Below, piece after piece: positions 12,061 to 22,855 of a stretch of DNA of 33,627 nt. The first letter of the stretch is position 1. Each line of letters starts with the position of its first letter. The translations under genes were made by a program, and so were the position numbers. Origin of the DNA: Chiloscyllium plagiosum (lineage: Eukaryota). The stretch lies in contig NC_057719.1 in the NCBI RefSeq assembly GCF_004010195.1, positions 70,339,728 to 70,373,354 on the forward strand, read 5' to 3'. The notes under the pieces are model-generated. The model did no database searches and was not told where the DNA came from. It saw nothing but the letters and a program-made list of their open reading frames with translations.

Positions 12061-12749
12061 CAAATCCTCTTCAAAGAATTCCAATAGATTTCTTTAAACT
12101 TATCCAAGTGCCCTGAACAAACTTTTTAACGGTAGCTAACATTTTTTAATGACAGATTTTAAGGCTACTTGGTTTGTGGTTTCCTGTTGTCTGTTTTTCT
12201 CCTTTTCTGAATGAAGTCGTCACAGTTGCTATCTTCCAGTCAAATTCGACCATCTTCAAAATCAAGTCAGTTTTGTAAAATTAAAACAATTCATCAAGTA
12301 TTTCTGATGAAGGTAAGGACTGTCAATTTGTCTTGTTTTCCTATTTTTCTTTGTGGCTTTCACACCTTTTTTAACAGATGAATTATTTGTGTCCTTTCTG
12401 CTTCTTCTTTCTGAGATTCACACTTTAGTAAACAGCAAAACAGAGAGTCACACAACTTGACTCCTTCAGACTATTTTGGTTGCACAACAAAATTGTTTTA
12501 AAACAACAAAAAAAGAAGTCACTGGAGAAATTCAACAGGTTTGGCAGCATCTGTGGAGAGAAATTTTCCGTTTTCACTTCAAAAATGTTTATTTCTAATA
12601 AGCTCCTATTGCCTTTGACTTTGCCACTCTTAATATTCAAATTATTCAATCAACATAACACTTTTTTCAATGTGTCTTTTCTTCCAAATACTTCTCATCT
12701 TTTCTTAATAATTTTAAACATTGCCCTCAGAAATAAATGAGAAATATCA

Positions 12750-13165
12750 CCCACTTTGTGGATTTGAAACAAGTGCATGTGAATGTTCTGTCTGCAAAAA
12801 ACAGGGTTTTTTCTCTCTCCTTTGTGTTAATATGTATAGTTTCCAGTACAGACAAATACAATGGAGATTTTGAGCCTGACTGACAATTCTAAATTGGCTG
12901 CTCATCTCAACAAATGAGGTGATAGCCATTTTTTGATTGATTTCTCAGGGCAACATCTTGTCCAATTGGAGTCAACCTGCTGTTGCCTGCCTGTCATTCA
13001 CTGTACAGTCTCCATGACAACACATTGACGAATCAGCATCCACTTGCCAACTAATCATTAAATATTGCTTTCCTTATATTTTGGTCATTTTGTAAATTGT
13101 CGGGAGGAGTGCACGACAAAATGCTTTGACAATATCTATATTTTCTTCAGCAATATTCAACTTCT
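12750..13165 (+). mobile_element. Decayed Penelope-like 3'/pLTR segment
   Basis: Ends in tgtc-gggaggag-tgcacgac-aaaatgcttt-gaca followed by ttcagcaatattcaa, resembling a degraded pLTR hammerhead. Confidence 0.45.
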
Positions 13166-13320
13166 ATCTGCTTTGAATTTCTACATGTAAGCTTAGCAGT
13201 TATATTGCTCTGCGACCTTTTTTAAGTACTGCCTGTTCTTTTCACAGAAGGTGACTTATTAGGTGAAGGTATGCTTTGAAGCTGTGCAATATTCAAAGAT
13301 ATAAATGACAGTCGTCTTAC

Positions 13321-13379
13321 TGGAATACTTTTCATCTTTCTTTTGCTCAGATGGCTGTAAATTTTTCAGATGAGTTGTT
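13321..13379 (-). pseudogene. Exon relic E14 (59 nt)
   Basis: GGTTTTCAG| A+TTHLKNLQPSEQKKDEKYS+A |GTAAGA. The phase 2 start matches E13, though the junction codon is now TAA. Confidence 0.58.
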
Positions 13380-13872
13380 CTGAAAACCACCAATGCTAGC
13401 ATATCATATGAAATAGTAATGCCCACCAGAGGCGACCACAGTATATGTTGTGGTCCTGTCCATTAGAACAATCTGAGATGCCTTGCATATATTTACAACC
13501 ACCAATCCTCTCATTAGTTTTAATCCAAGTTGCTGATACCATGTGGGAAGGATGCCCATACAAAGTCTTTCATAGAAAAGCAGTTCAGTCTTGTTGACCA
13601 GAGTAGATTGATTGCATAGTATTTAATAACTAGTTATATTACATTTGTATTACATAATAATCTGCTGCAAAACCAAGTTTAAGGATAAGTTCACATCACT
13701 GTGTAGTTACTGGAACTTGGCAGTCAAATAAAATCTTGGGATTGGTTCTTTCAAGTTCACACTAGTTAGATTTTCCTGATCAAACCTTTATACTATGATG
13801 GATGGATCTTATCTCATGATGTTAGTTAACCTTTTCAGATACTGTTCTATACAACTCACATACTGTACTTAC

Positions 13873-14038
13873 TATATACATGAGGATCTTGGAGGAGTTA
13901 TCTCTGTCTCTAGCTGCTGTGATTCCAATCTACTAGCAGAATCTCTTCTGCATATTACTGAGGACACTGTAACATCACTTCCCAGAGGCTTATTTGCATA
14001 TTCTTTAAAGCCAGTCTTTACACCATGCAGCTTTCTAT
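13873..14038 (-). pseudogene. Exon relic E13
   Basis: CTCTGCTCTAG| RKLHGVKTGFKEYANKPLGSDVTVSSVICRRDSASRLESQQLETEITPPRSSCI+TA |GTAAGT. ORF 13872..14057 ends exactly on the donor. Confidence 0.65.
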
Positions 14039-14118
14039 CTAGAGCAGAGTGCCTCAAACCACTTGGATTGTTGCAATATTATCAAATATTAAATATTAGG
14101 GGAATGTTTCTAACATAC

Positions 14119-14150
14119 CTTTTGGAGATGATATCGAACCTTAAGACTAA
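14119..14150 (-). pseudogene. Micro-exon relic E12 (32 nt)
   Basis: TTTTCTGCAG|TTAGTCTTAAGGTTCGATATCATCTCCAAAAG|GTATGT. Reads SLKVRYHLQK or LVLRFDIISK. Followed by an ~80-nt intron. The frame is ambiguous. Confidence 0.6.
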
Positions 14151-14716
14151 CTGCAGAAAATCATCCCCATTAAATGTTTATTTGACAGCCTGCCTATTTT
14201 CCCATTTTTTGCTGTATAGAAAAGTTTTGTTTCACTCAGCATTACAAACTCAGAATTTAATGGTGGTTAGCAACTCACAACATTGAATCTGTTTCACACA
14301 ACAAACAGCAGGAGACATTCTTAAACATGGGGCTAAATCTGTGTGTGTAACTTCATAGCACAGCGTGTTTGTTCATCAATCTGTCTTCATTTTGTTGACT
14401 GACATTCTTTTATTATTTAATTACAAATGTAATTGTAGATCTGACACAATCACATGCAGAATTCTTTAGTTGCATACAGCTTCAGAGTACAAAATCCATC
14501 ATCCAAACAGAAATCTGATCCAAGCATACGGTTCACAGAGTCAGATCAGGATTATATGCACTAAAAATACTCTTTGAATACTTTGTTGTTAATACTTTTC
14601 CCCTCATGTTAGTTTCAGCAAATTCATGAATGATTTGTCTGCCAACATGCTGCTTATTATCTTCTGTGATGCTCAAAACACTTTGATTAAATGTCGTCAT
14701 TGGCATCCTTTAGTTT

Positions 14717-15022
14717 TATAAGTTCATCAGATATAGGAGCAGAATTGGACCATTGAGTCTACTCCGCCATTCAATCATGGATGATAAGATCCTCACCCCC
14801 ATTTTCCTGTCTTCTCTCCACAACCCTTTGACACATTTCCAGCAAAACTCTGTCTAACTCCTCTTTAAATTTATTCCCTGTCCCAGCATCCACTGCACTT
14901 TGGGGTAGTGAATTCCACAGATTCACAACCCTTTGGAGAAGTCGTTTCTCCTCAATGCTGTTTTAAATTTGTTACCCTTATCCTAAGACTATGACCTCTC
15001 ATCCTAGAATGCCCCCAAGGAG
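14717..15022 (-). mobile_element. CR1 3' end
   Basis: gatataggagcagaattggaccatt..ccgccattcaatcatgg; gaattccacagattcacaaccct (RVVNLWNS antisense). Confidence 0.85.
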
Positions 15023-15743
15023 GTTGTTTTGTGCTATGGTGATCAGTTGTACTAAACGTCATCTGGTATGACCTGGAGCTCCACTCTGGCATGGCAGTCG
15101 CTGTAGAATTTGTTGCAGTTTGGCTAATGGCTCAAGTGGCCAATTCACTGTCTCTTTTCTCTGGATCTTTTTCTTTACCAGCTGAATGTGTTTGTCTCAC
15201 CGATTACTTCCGGATGTCATGGCCATCAATAACAACCTCCCTGTTGTCAGTGTGAATATCAGCCATCTTCATATTTCACTTATGCGGTTCCTTATAATAG
15301 AGATCATGGATACCAATAGCCAGGGACCCTGTTCAGAAAGTCTTTATTTAAACACTATAACTCCAATGACCATATCTGAGTCAAAGTTGATGTAGTTGGC
15401 ATGGCATTTTGTGAATGTTGATGGACTAAGCACATGTGGGGACCTCCAGGTTGGAGACCTTGTCCTGTGAAGAAATACATGAAAGACAGGCAAGGTGGAA
15501 TCTGTTCAGCATTTTCTCCTGCTAAGTGTATGTTTTCCAGGTCTCACCACTAAAGAGCTATGCACTGATGGCTCTGGCTTATTCACTTACAGTTTTGTGT
15601 TCTCACTTATTCTGCTGACTTCAAGCTGTCTAATTCAGTTTGGATATAATAGCTGCAGCACTTGCATTGCACATATTGATTTCTGCAACAGATTTCAGGT
15701 GATTATGCAACTTAGATGAGTGAAGCTACCAACAACTACCAAT

Positions 15744-16082
15744 GGGTGGCACGGTGTCTCAGTGGTTAGCACTGTTGCCTCAGAGTGCCAGGTACCTGGG
15801 TTTCATTCCAGACTCGTGCGCCTGTCTGTGTGGAGTTTGTACATTCTGTATGGGTTTCCTCCAGTTTCCTCCCACAATTCAAAGATGTATAGGTTAGGTG
15901 AATTGGCCATATTGAATTGCTCATAGTGTTCAGGGATATGAAGGCTATGTGCATTAGTCAGGGATAAATATAAGATAATAGGGTAGGGGAGTGGGTCTGG
16001 GTTGGTTACTCTTCGGAAGGTTGGTGTGGACTTGTTGGACCGAAGGGCCTGTTTCCACATTGCAAAAATTCTATTCTATTCT
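15744..16082 (+). mobile_element. HE1 SINE, near full length
   Basis: GGGTGGCACGGTGTCTCAGTGGTTAGCACTG head, HER1-like tail gacttgttggaccgaagggcctgtttcc, and (CTATT)n end. Confidence 0.92.
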
Positions 16083-16189
16083 GACTGGCATCGGCACATT
16101 GTTTGTGTTGCTAGATTATGGTCTGGCAACATCTGGACTATAATATTTGTCTTCCTGATGTTGATAGTCAAACCAAACACCTTACTCAT

Positions 16190-17980
16190 GTCATAGAGTC
16201 ATAGAGATGTACAGCATGGAAACAGACCCTTTGGTCCAACCCATACATGGCGACCAGATATCCCAACTCAATCTAGTGCCACCTGTCAGCATATCCCTCC
16301 AAACCCCTCCTATTCATATACCCATCCAAATGCCTCTTAAATGTTGCAATTGTACCAGCCTCCACCACTTCCTCTGGCAGCTCATTCCATACATGTACCA
16401 CCCTCTGTGTGACAAAGGTGCCCCTTAGGTCTCTTTTATATCTTTCCCCTCTCACCCTAAACCTATGCCTAATAGTTCTGGACTCCCCAACCCCAGGGAA
16501 AACTCTTTGCCTATTTACCCTATCCATGCCCCTCATGATTTTATAGACCTCAATAAGGACACTCCTCAACCGCTGATGTTCCAGGGAAAACAGCCCCAGC
16601 CTATTCAGCCTCTTTCCATAGCTCAAATCCTCCAATCCTGGCAACATCCTTGTAAATCTTTCCTGAATCCTTTCAAGTTTCACAACATCTTTCTGATAGA
16701 AAGGAGACCAGAATTGCATGCAATATTCCAACAGTGGCCTGACCAATGTCCTGTACAGCCGCAACGTGACCTCCCAACTCCTGTACTCAATACTCTGACC
16801 AATAAAGGAAAGCATACCAAACGCATTCTTCATTATCCTATCTACCTGCGACTCCACTTTCAAGGAGCTATGAACCTGCACTGCAATGTCTCTTTGTTCT
16901 GCAATACTCTCTAGGTCCTTACCATTAAGTGTATAATTCCTGCTAATATTTGCTTTCCTAAAATGCAGCACCTTGCATTTATCTGAATTAAACTCCATCT
17001 GCCACTCCTCAGCCTATTGGCCCATCTGGTCAAGATCCTGTTTTAATCTGAGGTAACCTTCTTCGCTGTCCACTACACCAACAATTTTGGTGTCATCTGC
17101 AAACTTACTAACTGTACCTCTTATGCTCGCATCCAAATCATTTATGTAAATGACAAAAAGTAGTGGACCCAGCACTGATCCTTGTGGCACTCCACTGGTC
17201 ACGGGCCTCCAGTCTGAAAAACAACTCTCCACCACCATCCTCTGTCTTCTACCTTTGAGCCAATTCTGTATCCAAATGGCTAGTCCTCCCTGTATTTCGT
17301 GACATTTAACCTTCCTAACCAGTGGTTAGGAACCTTGGCGAACGCCTTACTGAAGTCTATATGGATCACATCTACCGCTCTGCCCTCATCAATCCTCTTT
17401 GTTACTTCTTCAAAAAACTCAATCAAGTTTATGAGACATGTTTTCCCATGCAGAAAGCCATGTTGACTATCCCTAATCATTCCTTACCTTTCCAAATACA
17501 TGTACATCCTATTCCTCAGGATTCCCTCCAACAACTTGCCCACCACCAACGTCAGGCTCACTGGTCTAAAGTTCCCTGACTTGTCCTTACCACCCTTCTT
17601 CAACAGTGGCACCACTTTAGCCAACCTCCAGTCTTCTGGCACCTCACCTGTGACTATCAATGATACAAATATCTCAGCAAGAGGCCCAACAATCACTTCT
17701 CAATTCAAACAGCAAAGGCAGTACTCTGCAGGTTCACTCTGGTGTCAGTTTCTTTCTCTCTGTCTCTCCTGCACTGACCTCACCATGTGTTTCCTTTGTT
17801 CTTCTCCCTTTTAAAACTGCTGTTGTTTTGACATTTTTTATCCAAAGTTCCAAAACAATGCAACAGCATATAAAACAGTAATTGCTGCTCCTGGAATTCG
17901 AGGAAATCACCTCCAGCATATAAAATACCTCAAAAAAGGAGCATCTGTTACAGCCAGAAAATTTTCCATCTTGGATTACC
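16190..17980 (-). mobile_element. HER1/CR1 LINE with RT domain and probable 5' UTR, internally deleted
   Basis: ORFs 17484..17696 (VPEDWRLAKV..NFRPVSLT), 17280..17480 (QHGF..DFSKAF), 17014..17238 (GVPQGSVLGP..FADD) and 16273..16998. Tail (TCATAGAG)n at 16191-16206. A non-coding block at 17697-17980 starts GGTAATCCAAGATGG. Confidence 0.95.
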
Positions 17981-18383
17981 TGTGGGAGAGTCTATCCATT
18001 TGCTTCTGAAGGTTTGACTCAACGTGGAGTGCTATTGCAGTATCATGAGTATAGAGCAACTTGTTGATGAAGACTTAGAGCAAGACTGAATGGATCTTGT
18101 GTGAGCAAGGTTAAACAGATTTTCAACAGCTCTGGTATGTAAGTGAACACGCTCCAGAACTGAACTGAAGGCATATGACAACAACAAAGAAAATAATATC
18201 CCAAAGAGTTTCAGTGCCAGAATGCAGCCCTGTCTGACCCCACTACAGATTGCAAATGTTTTGAATGCTGCCGCATTATAGTTAACCTTAGCTATAACAC
18301 TGTCATGGAAAAAGGAGATTACACTGACCAGATTAGGAAGGTTATCAGTTTTTACAAAGTTTAAATAGACTGCCACTACTTAC

Positions 18384-18655
18384 ACGGTCAAATTAGATCA
18401 ACTTGATCACTAGTGCATGTTAGACTTTTTGTTTCATGTTTATATGCTATGCATGTAAGGTCTCAATCTTCACAGACAGAAGTTCGATCATTATACTTAT
18501 TAAATTTTGGTTTCCAGTCTCCATTGTTTGCAGTGCGACTTACATTTATCTTTATCTATTGTCTTTGTTCGCTATTGAATTTAGGAAGAAGTATGCGTGA
18601 AGACAAAATCATGAACTCAATTCTATGAACAGCACTACACTCAAAGCATATGACC
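18384..18655 (-). pseudogene. Exon relic E11 (272 nt)
   Basis: VICFECSAVHRIEFMILSSRILLPKFNSEQRQ*IKINVSRTANNGDWKPKFNKYNDRTSVCED*DLTC...VDLI*P, 90 codons with 3 stops. Ends at |GTAAGT (18383). Confidence 0.55.
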
Positions 18656-18782
18656 CTTAGGACAATTTAAAATAAGTTTAAAGTCATGCATTGGCATTCT
18701 TATAATATAATAAAGTGGAAGTAGGAGGCAGTAATTTTTATATTTTAATTTATATATAGTAGTACTATAACTAAGCCTTTAC

Positions 18783-19566
18783 TTAATTTGCATTTGTAGC
18801 AATTAAATTCAAATTAAAGCATATTTGGGGATTCGAAAGCAGCTGTTTGAGACTGAAATTCCTCAGTGAATGAAGTTGCCTGATGTAGTAATTAAATAGA
18901 AACATTCAATTACAAAATGATGGCCTGGACTCAAAAGCCAGCCTGAGGGGGTGGGGTGGGAATGGTTTCAGAGCTAAATAATTGATAAGAGCAACTGGAA
19001 TTGTTTTTATTCTTTCTACAAATAGATGGAGACCTTGAACTTAGTCTCGATCAACTGCTTAGGCATAAATGTGTAAAGTATCTGAAAGCTTTACAGTCTT
19101 TGTTCCATGATTTCATGACTGTTTTTCAGATGGGTTAACACCTTCATTAACTAGCAGGCAAAGATTATTCATGTGTTAATTCTCTATATATCAATGTTCA
19201 AATATCCTTATTTAAAATCAATAGAAAGATAAATATTATGGCTCTGATAATCGCAAAGAACATCTGTACTCTTAACAGTCTTGCTTATGAAATTGTAACA
19301 AGTATTCTGTTTGTGGCATCGATTTAAGGCAATTAGTATGATATTCAAATGTGCTTCAATTTCTAACTGTACAGTTTGAATTCCGGACATGTCAAAGTTG
19401 CTTTTTGTGATAGTCTTGCCTCTATCTGTGGTTCACAAAAGAAAGGTTCCTTCCATTTCTTTCCCACTGTTCCTTTCTTACTTAAAATAAAGTTTTCACG
19501 GTGGAATAATTCGGGTTTTGTGAACAACATTGCCACTTCTTTGTCAGAAATGGCACTATGACAACA
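18783..19566 (-). pseudogene. Large exon relic E10
   Basis: TTTCTATACCTCAG| CCHSAISDKEVAMLFTKPELFHRENFILSKKGTVGKKWKEPFFCEPQIEARLSQKATLTCPEFKLYS (67 open codons), then a probable frameshift into ORF 19208..19390. The distal half is more decayed and the 3' end (AA|GTAAAG at 18782) is tentative. Confidence 0.55.
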
Positions 19567-19642
19567 CTGAGGTATAGAAATATTTATTGAAGCTGCACAA
19601 CTTTTAAAGAAACCATCTTTTTACTAGAAAATAAATTCCTAC

Positions 19643-19778
19643 CTGTCAAAGAGTCAACAATGCATGTCAAAGTATTATTGGAAAGCATTGATATTCCAAT
19701 GAGAACCCAACTCCTCCACAGGGATCTGAAACTGCGATAGCTTCTTGAGAAAAAGCTATTCCAGTGAAACCATCAATG
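19643..19778 (-). pseudogene. Exon relic E9 (136 nt)
   Basis: GCATTGCCTAG| C+IDGFTGIAFSQEAIAVSDPCGGVGFSLEYQCFPIIL*HALLTL*Q |GTAGGA. Phase 2 in, phase 0 out. Followed by a 76-nt intron. Confidence 0.65.
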
Positions 19779-20040
19779 CTAGGCAATGCCATGGAATAAT
19801 GTAAAATAGAACAAATTGTTTAATTAAAGCAACAAAAATCATTAAATGAAGCAACCATCAAAAGACAGCACACATACAATGAACTGCATGGAAATGACAG
19901 CAAGAACAGTTCATTTGGCCCAACAAGTCTCAGCCAACTGTAATGTTCCGCCTAAGCCTTGTCTCATCATATTTCGGCTAATCCTATCAAATTTCTCTTT
20001 ATTTCTCTCTCATGGACTTTATATTTTCATTTCTATGTAC

Positions 20041-20270
20041 CTACGAAAGATATAAGGAGAATTTCTAAATATATTGAAAAAAAGCAAACAACATGATTGA
20101 AATATTTGTCCGTAGAGCGTCCTTCCTAAGCAGCGCTTCAAAGACTTCCGTTGATATATTAGGCAGTGGCATGGGTCATTGTCTTCACAGTTTCCACAGC
20201 ATTCCTCATTGCTATTGAGAAGAATGGTGTGTCACCCTATTCAGGTAGGAGCTCTGTGGTGGTGTCTATC
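20041..20270 (-). pseudogene. Exon relic E8 (230 nt, Cys-rich)
   Basis: TTATTTATTTTTCAAG| DRHHHRAPT*IG*HTILLNSNEECCGNCEDNDPCHCLIYQRKSLKRCLGRTLYGQIFQSCCLLFFNIFRNSPYIFR+AG |GTACAT. Contains a run of 63 stop-free codons. Phase 2 out. Confidence 0.62.
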
Positions 20271-20736
20271 CTTGAAAAATAAATAATGTCTAGGTGACAC
20301 TGCTGGAAGTGATACTACATGAACTCACTTTCACTCTCTCACCGCAGCCCCCACCCACCTTCAATCTTTGAAACGCCGTTAAAAAAACAAATTAATTTGA
20401 AAGTAATCGGTTAAAGCTTGTATTATTTTTTGACATAGTATCTCTGACAGGGTTACTGCTCGAAAACAAAGATAACTTGGAGAGTTGGGAGGGAGAAAAT
20501 AGATGTTTGTAAATACACAAATTTAACTTTGACCTCAATAGGAAGTTTGTTTTTCAAAACCTTGTCACTTGACATTAAAACAACTTGAACAATGTAAATG
20601 AGACATAAGGCCAAATGTCAGGTAAGTTGACCTAATTCCTTCAGAGTGATTCACATGAACAACAGGAAACAAATTTCTAGTCCAAGCACTATTGAATTAA
20701 AATACTATAAGTTTGGGCAGAAAGAGAGATATATAC

Positions 20737-20808
20737 TTGAATATAAATCATATCAAAACTAAATTGTGTGATAAATATTCTTGCACTGTGGGTACTGCTG
20801 TGCTAAAA
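20737..20808 (-). pseudogene. Exon relic E7
   Basis: TTTCATCTATTCCAG| T+FSTAVPTVQEYLSHNLVLI*FIF. The phase 2 start matches E6. The 3' boundary (AA|GTATAT) is uncertain and not phase-matched to E8. Confidence 0.38.
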
Positions 20809-20949
20809 CTGGAATAGATGAAATAGTTGTAATGTTGAAGAATATTGTAAAAGTCAAAAATATTCTTGAAATAACAGCAATTGCCGAAAGGTAATTCTCT
20901 GTGTCAACTAGCTACTCAGCAACTGGTCATTCAAGGCATCATTAATAAC

Positions 20950-21044
20950 CTATGAATAGTAGGGAAAAAAGGCACTTTCTAAGCCTGTAGGCATTTTGCA
21001 GTATTACTCCCATTGTAAAACTCATCCAGCCCTTAATAATTTAC
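20950..21044 (-). pseudogene. Exon relic E6 (95 nt)
   Basis: Strong acceptor TTTGTTTTTCTGTCAG| then VNY*GLDEFYNGSNTAKCLQA*KVPFFPTIH+AG |GTTATT (weak donor). Phase 0 in, phase 2 out. Confidence 0.45.
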
Positions 21045-21299
21045 CTGACAGAAAAACAAACAACTGTGCAAGTGTATAAACAGCTCTGGCACAAAATTAT
21101 ATGAACAACTGCAGAGCAGACTGCTGCCTGCCAGATTAACAAAGGATGCACCTTTATAAATAAAATCATGTCCAAGTTTTGACCTAGGTGTTTGGATGTA
21201 AAAGGTTGAAAAGGTAAAGTGACAACAGCAAGCAGATATGTGATTAAATGTTGGGAAAATATATTGAGCTGCACATTAAAACATTAGTTGATACAATTT

Positions 21300-21560
21300 T
21301 GTAGTCTCCAGAGGAGCCATCAATGAAACCTCTACCCTTGAAAACAGAGCCAAAGCTGTGGTGAAAACATTAAACCCTAACAAAGCATTGGGAGCAGATG
21401 GTATCCCAGATGAACTGCTGAAGCTGGTGCAGACATAATACTTAGTTCTTTCATGCAAATTATGTAATCTAATTTGGCATAACATCATATACCCAATAGA
21501 ATAGGTCAGAAAAATATTTCTGGCTGCCACAAAAGAGATCACAGAAAATGTAATAATTAA
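21300..21560 (+). mobile_element. RTE-like ORF fragment
   Basis: Encodes KTLNPNKALGADGIPDELLKL (KAxGxDGIPxE motif). Confidence 0.6.
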
Positions 21561-21594
21561 GAAACAGTTGGGATGATTGGTCAAGCAACCAAAA

Positions 21595-22425
21595 TTGGTC
21601 GCTCTTTCAGTCCCTCAATGTTCAGGATGATTTGCTTCCACACAGGTTTTAGGAATTCTGAGATTGTTGATAAGCCCAAAGGCCAATCAGCAGATTCTGC
21701 GAGAGGTGTTTTGAAGGCCACATAGAGGAGTTGTTTGGATTCATTTCACCACCTCAACTTCACCCCTGCATGTTACTACTGAAGTTCCTCAATGTGTTTG
21801 TTGCCTTGTTGAATGTTCTTTATTTTAGTTGATCACATACCAGAGTTTCCTAATAACTGATGGGCATGTTTAACGTCTTCAGGGATGAATTCCTGAAAGT
21901 GTTTCTGCTGATTCTGTGGGATTCTCCTGCTGTGACCAGGTGCAGAGGAGCATAGTTGTTTCGGAATCTGGTGTTGGACATAGGAATTATACACCCCAAC
22001 CAGAAAAGCTCAATTGATTTTGAGTGATTAATATCTTGATACTGAGCATGTTGGCTTGTGTAATAATATTATTGTTGAATCATTTTACTTGACAGATTTG
22101 GAGGCTCTTGCAAAGGCACCATTGGTCATACTTCTCAGGTATCTAGCAGTGCAGGCTCTAGGTTGTCCAAGACTCTGAAGCATCTAGGAGCATGAGGATC
22201 ATTGTTGCCTAGTAAATCATGACCTTAGTCTGGGGTTTGAGATTCTTGTGCTCAAATACTCTTGCCTTTAGTCACCAGAGTCTGAGCTGGTATACTAGAG
22301 TTTGTGACTTTTTTTTGGAATTTTTGTCAGCTTTCATTGAGAAATGGTGATTTTCCAGGCCCTAATTGTTCATCTTAATTGATGGGATTTGTGCAATTGG
22401 GGCCTGTTAGGGGAGCAAATGTCCA
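21595..22425 (-). mobile_element. Decayed RTE LINE 3' portion
   Basis: Minus strand IGLWAYQQ/GLISNLRIPKTCVEANHPE resembles the RTE C-terminus (IGLxSHxR). VFEHKNLKPQTKVMIY*A at ~22205-22260. Confidence 0.65.
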
Positions 22426-22437
22426 AGAATTTATTGT

Positions 22438-22502
22438 TCCCTGGTGGTCTAGTGATTCGGCGCTCTTACTACGCAGCCCAGGTTCGATTCCTGGTCAAGG
22501 AA
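22438..22502 (+). pseudogene. tRNA-Glu(CTC) pseudogene
   Basis: TCCCTGGTGGTCTAGTG-ATTCGGCGCTCTTACTACGCAGCCCAGGTTCGATTCCTGGTCAAGGAA aligns to vertebrate tRNA-Glu-CTC. It has a 6-nt D-arm deletion, anticodon CTC>CTT and CpG-type changes. Confidence 0.88.
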
Positions 22503-22508
22503 TTTAAA

Positions 22509-22855
22509 GGACAACATGGTGGCTCAGTGGTTAGCACTGATGCCTCACAGCCCCAGGGACCTGGGTTTGATTCCAGCCTCGGATGACTGTGTGGAGTTTG
22601 TATATTCTGCCTGTCTCTGCATGGGTTTCCTCCGAGTGCTCCGGTTTCCTCCCACAGTCCAAGATGTACAGGTTAGGTGAATTGACCATGCTAAATTGCC
22701 CATAGTGTTTGGGGATGTGTAGTTTAGATGCATTCATCAGCTGTAAATAGAGGATAATAGGGTGGGGAATGGGTCTGCGTGGGATACTCTTTGGTGTGGA
22801 CTTGTTGGGCCGAAGTGCCTGTTTCCATACTGTAGGTATTCTATGATTCTATGAA
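22509..22855 (+). mobile_element. HE1 SINE
   Basis: GGTGGCTCAGTGGTTAGCACTG head, HE1 body, and tail ttctatgattctatga. Confidence 0.92.

Larger units (their letters stand above)
11021..12300 (-). mobile_element. Old CR1 RT fragment containing a nested CR1 3' end
   Basis: Antisense RT motif gaactgatccctttggcacaccact (GVPxGSVL) at ~11460. The sequence breaks at atgttactt (11720) and resumes at cttcaaagaattccaata (~12069). Confidence 0.8.
10097..12725 (-). pseudogene. Large low-complexity exon relic E15, interrupted by CR1 (11021-12300) and a Penelope fragment (~12500-12563)
   Basis: 11001-10097 reads as ~300 codons with ~6 stops and 2 frameshifts: ...SRL*FKMIDSDDFDNIARAFDNYQRFGIHHIMERVRLNRRI*LQREAVDNFINYFYAL*EFYDY..., then ORF 10265..10510, then ...LYDDVSPLEDATPQVLEEI+G. 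It ends at a perfect donor AG|GTGAGT. Lys-rich open frames continue beyond the CR1 (RKDTNNSSVKKGVKATKKNRKTRQIDSPYLHQK). Confidence 0.65.
15030..18345 (-). mobile_element. RTE-clade LINE, split into three pieces (15030-15743, 16083-16190, 17985-18345) by HE1 and HER1 insertions
   Basis: ORF 18032..18376 FHDSVIAKV..SGVRQGCILALKLFGILFSLLL..LFNLAH (RTE motif GVRQGCVLAP). It continues as FGLTINIRKT (~16150-16180) and GETWKTY..LNRFHL..DKVSNLEV (~15440-15550). Confidence 0.82.

Noticed and set aside
13795..14286. 163-aa plus-strand ORF as a real gene
   Set aside because: No recognisable domain. It is the antisense shadow of minus-strand exons E12/E13, whose splice signals point the other way.
16465..16914. 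149-aa plus-strand ORF
   Set aside because: Antisense frame of HER1 ORF2.
19700..19776. Alternative frame LMVSLE*LFLKKLSQ resembling the end of a BET bromodomain
   Set aside because: That frame has more stops, is phase-incompatible with its neighbours, and no other bromodomain motifs are present.
20110..20210. CCGNCEDNDPCHC..YQRKSLKRCL resembling a SETDB pre-SET region
   Set aside because: The spacing is wrong and no SET domain motifs follow.
19643..20270. In-frame TGA codons as selenocysteine or readthrough
   Set aside because: TAA/TAG stops, frameshifts and TE insertions occur in other exons. CpG decay is the simpler explanation.
20359..20375. 17-nt micro-exon (FQRLK) before AG|GTGGGT
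   Set aside because: The acceptor is non-canonical (AACGG) and the phase does not match E7, so it is too speculative to call.
20542..20621. Plus-strand exon ending in a perfect CAG|GTAAGT
   Set aside because: All three frames from the nearest acceptor contain stops, and no plus-strand exon chain was found.
22438..22502. Functional tRNA-Lys(CTT)
   Set aside because: The body is tRNA-Glu with a D-arm deletion and a broken anticodon stem. CTT is a decay mutation.
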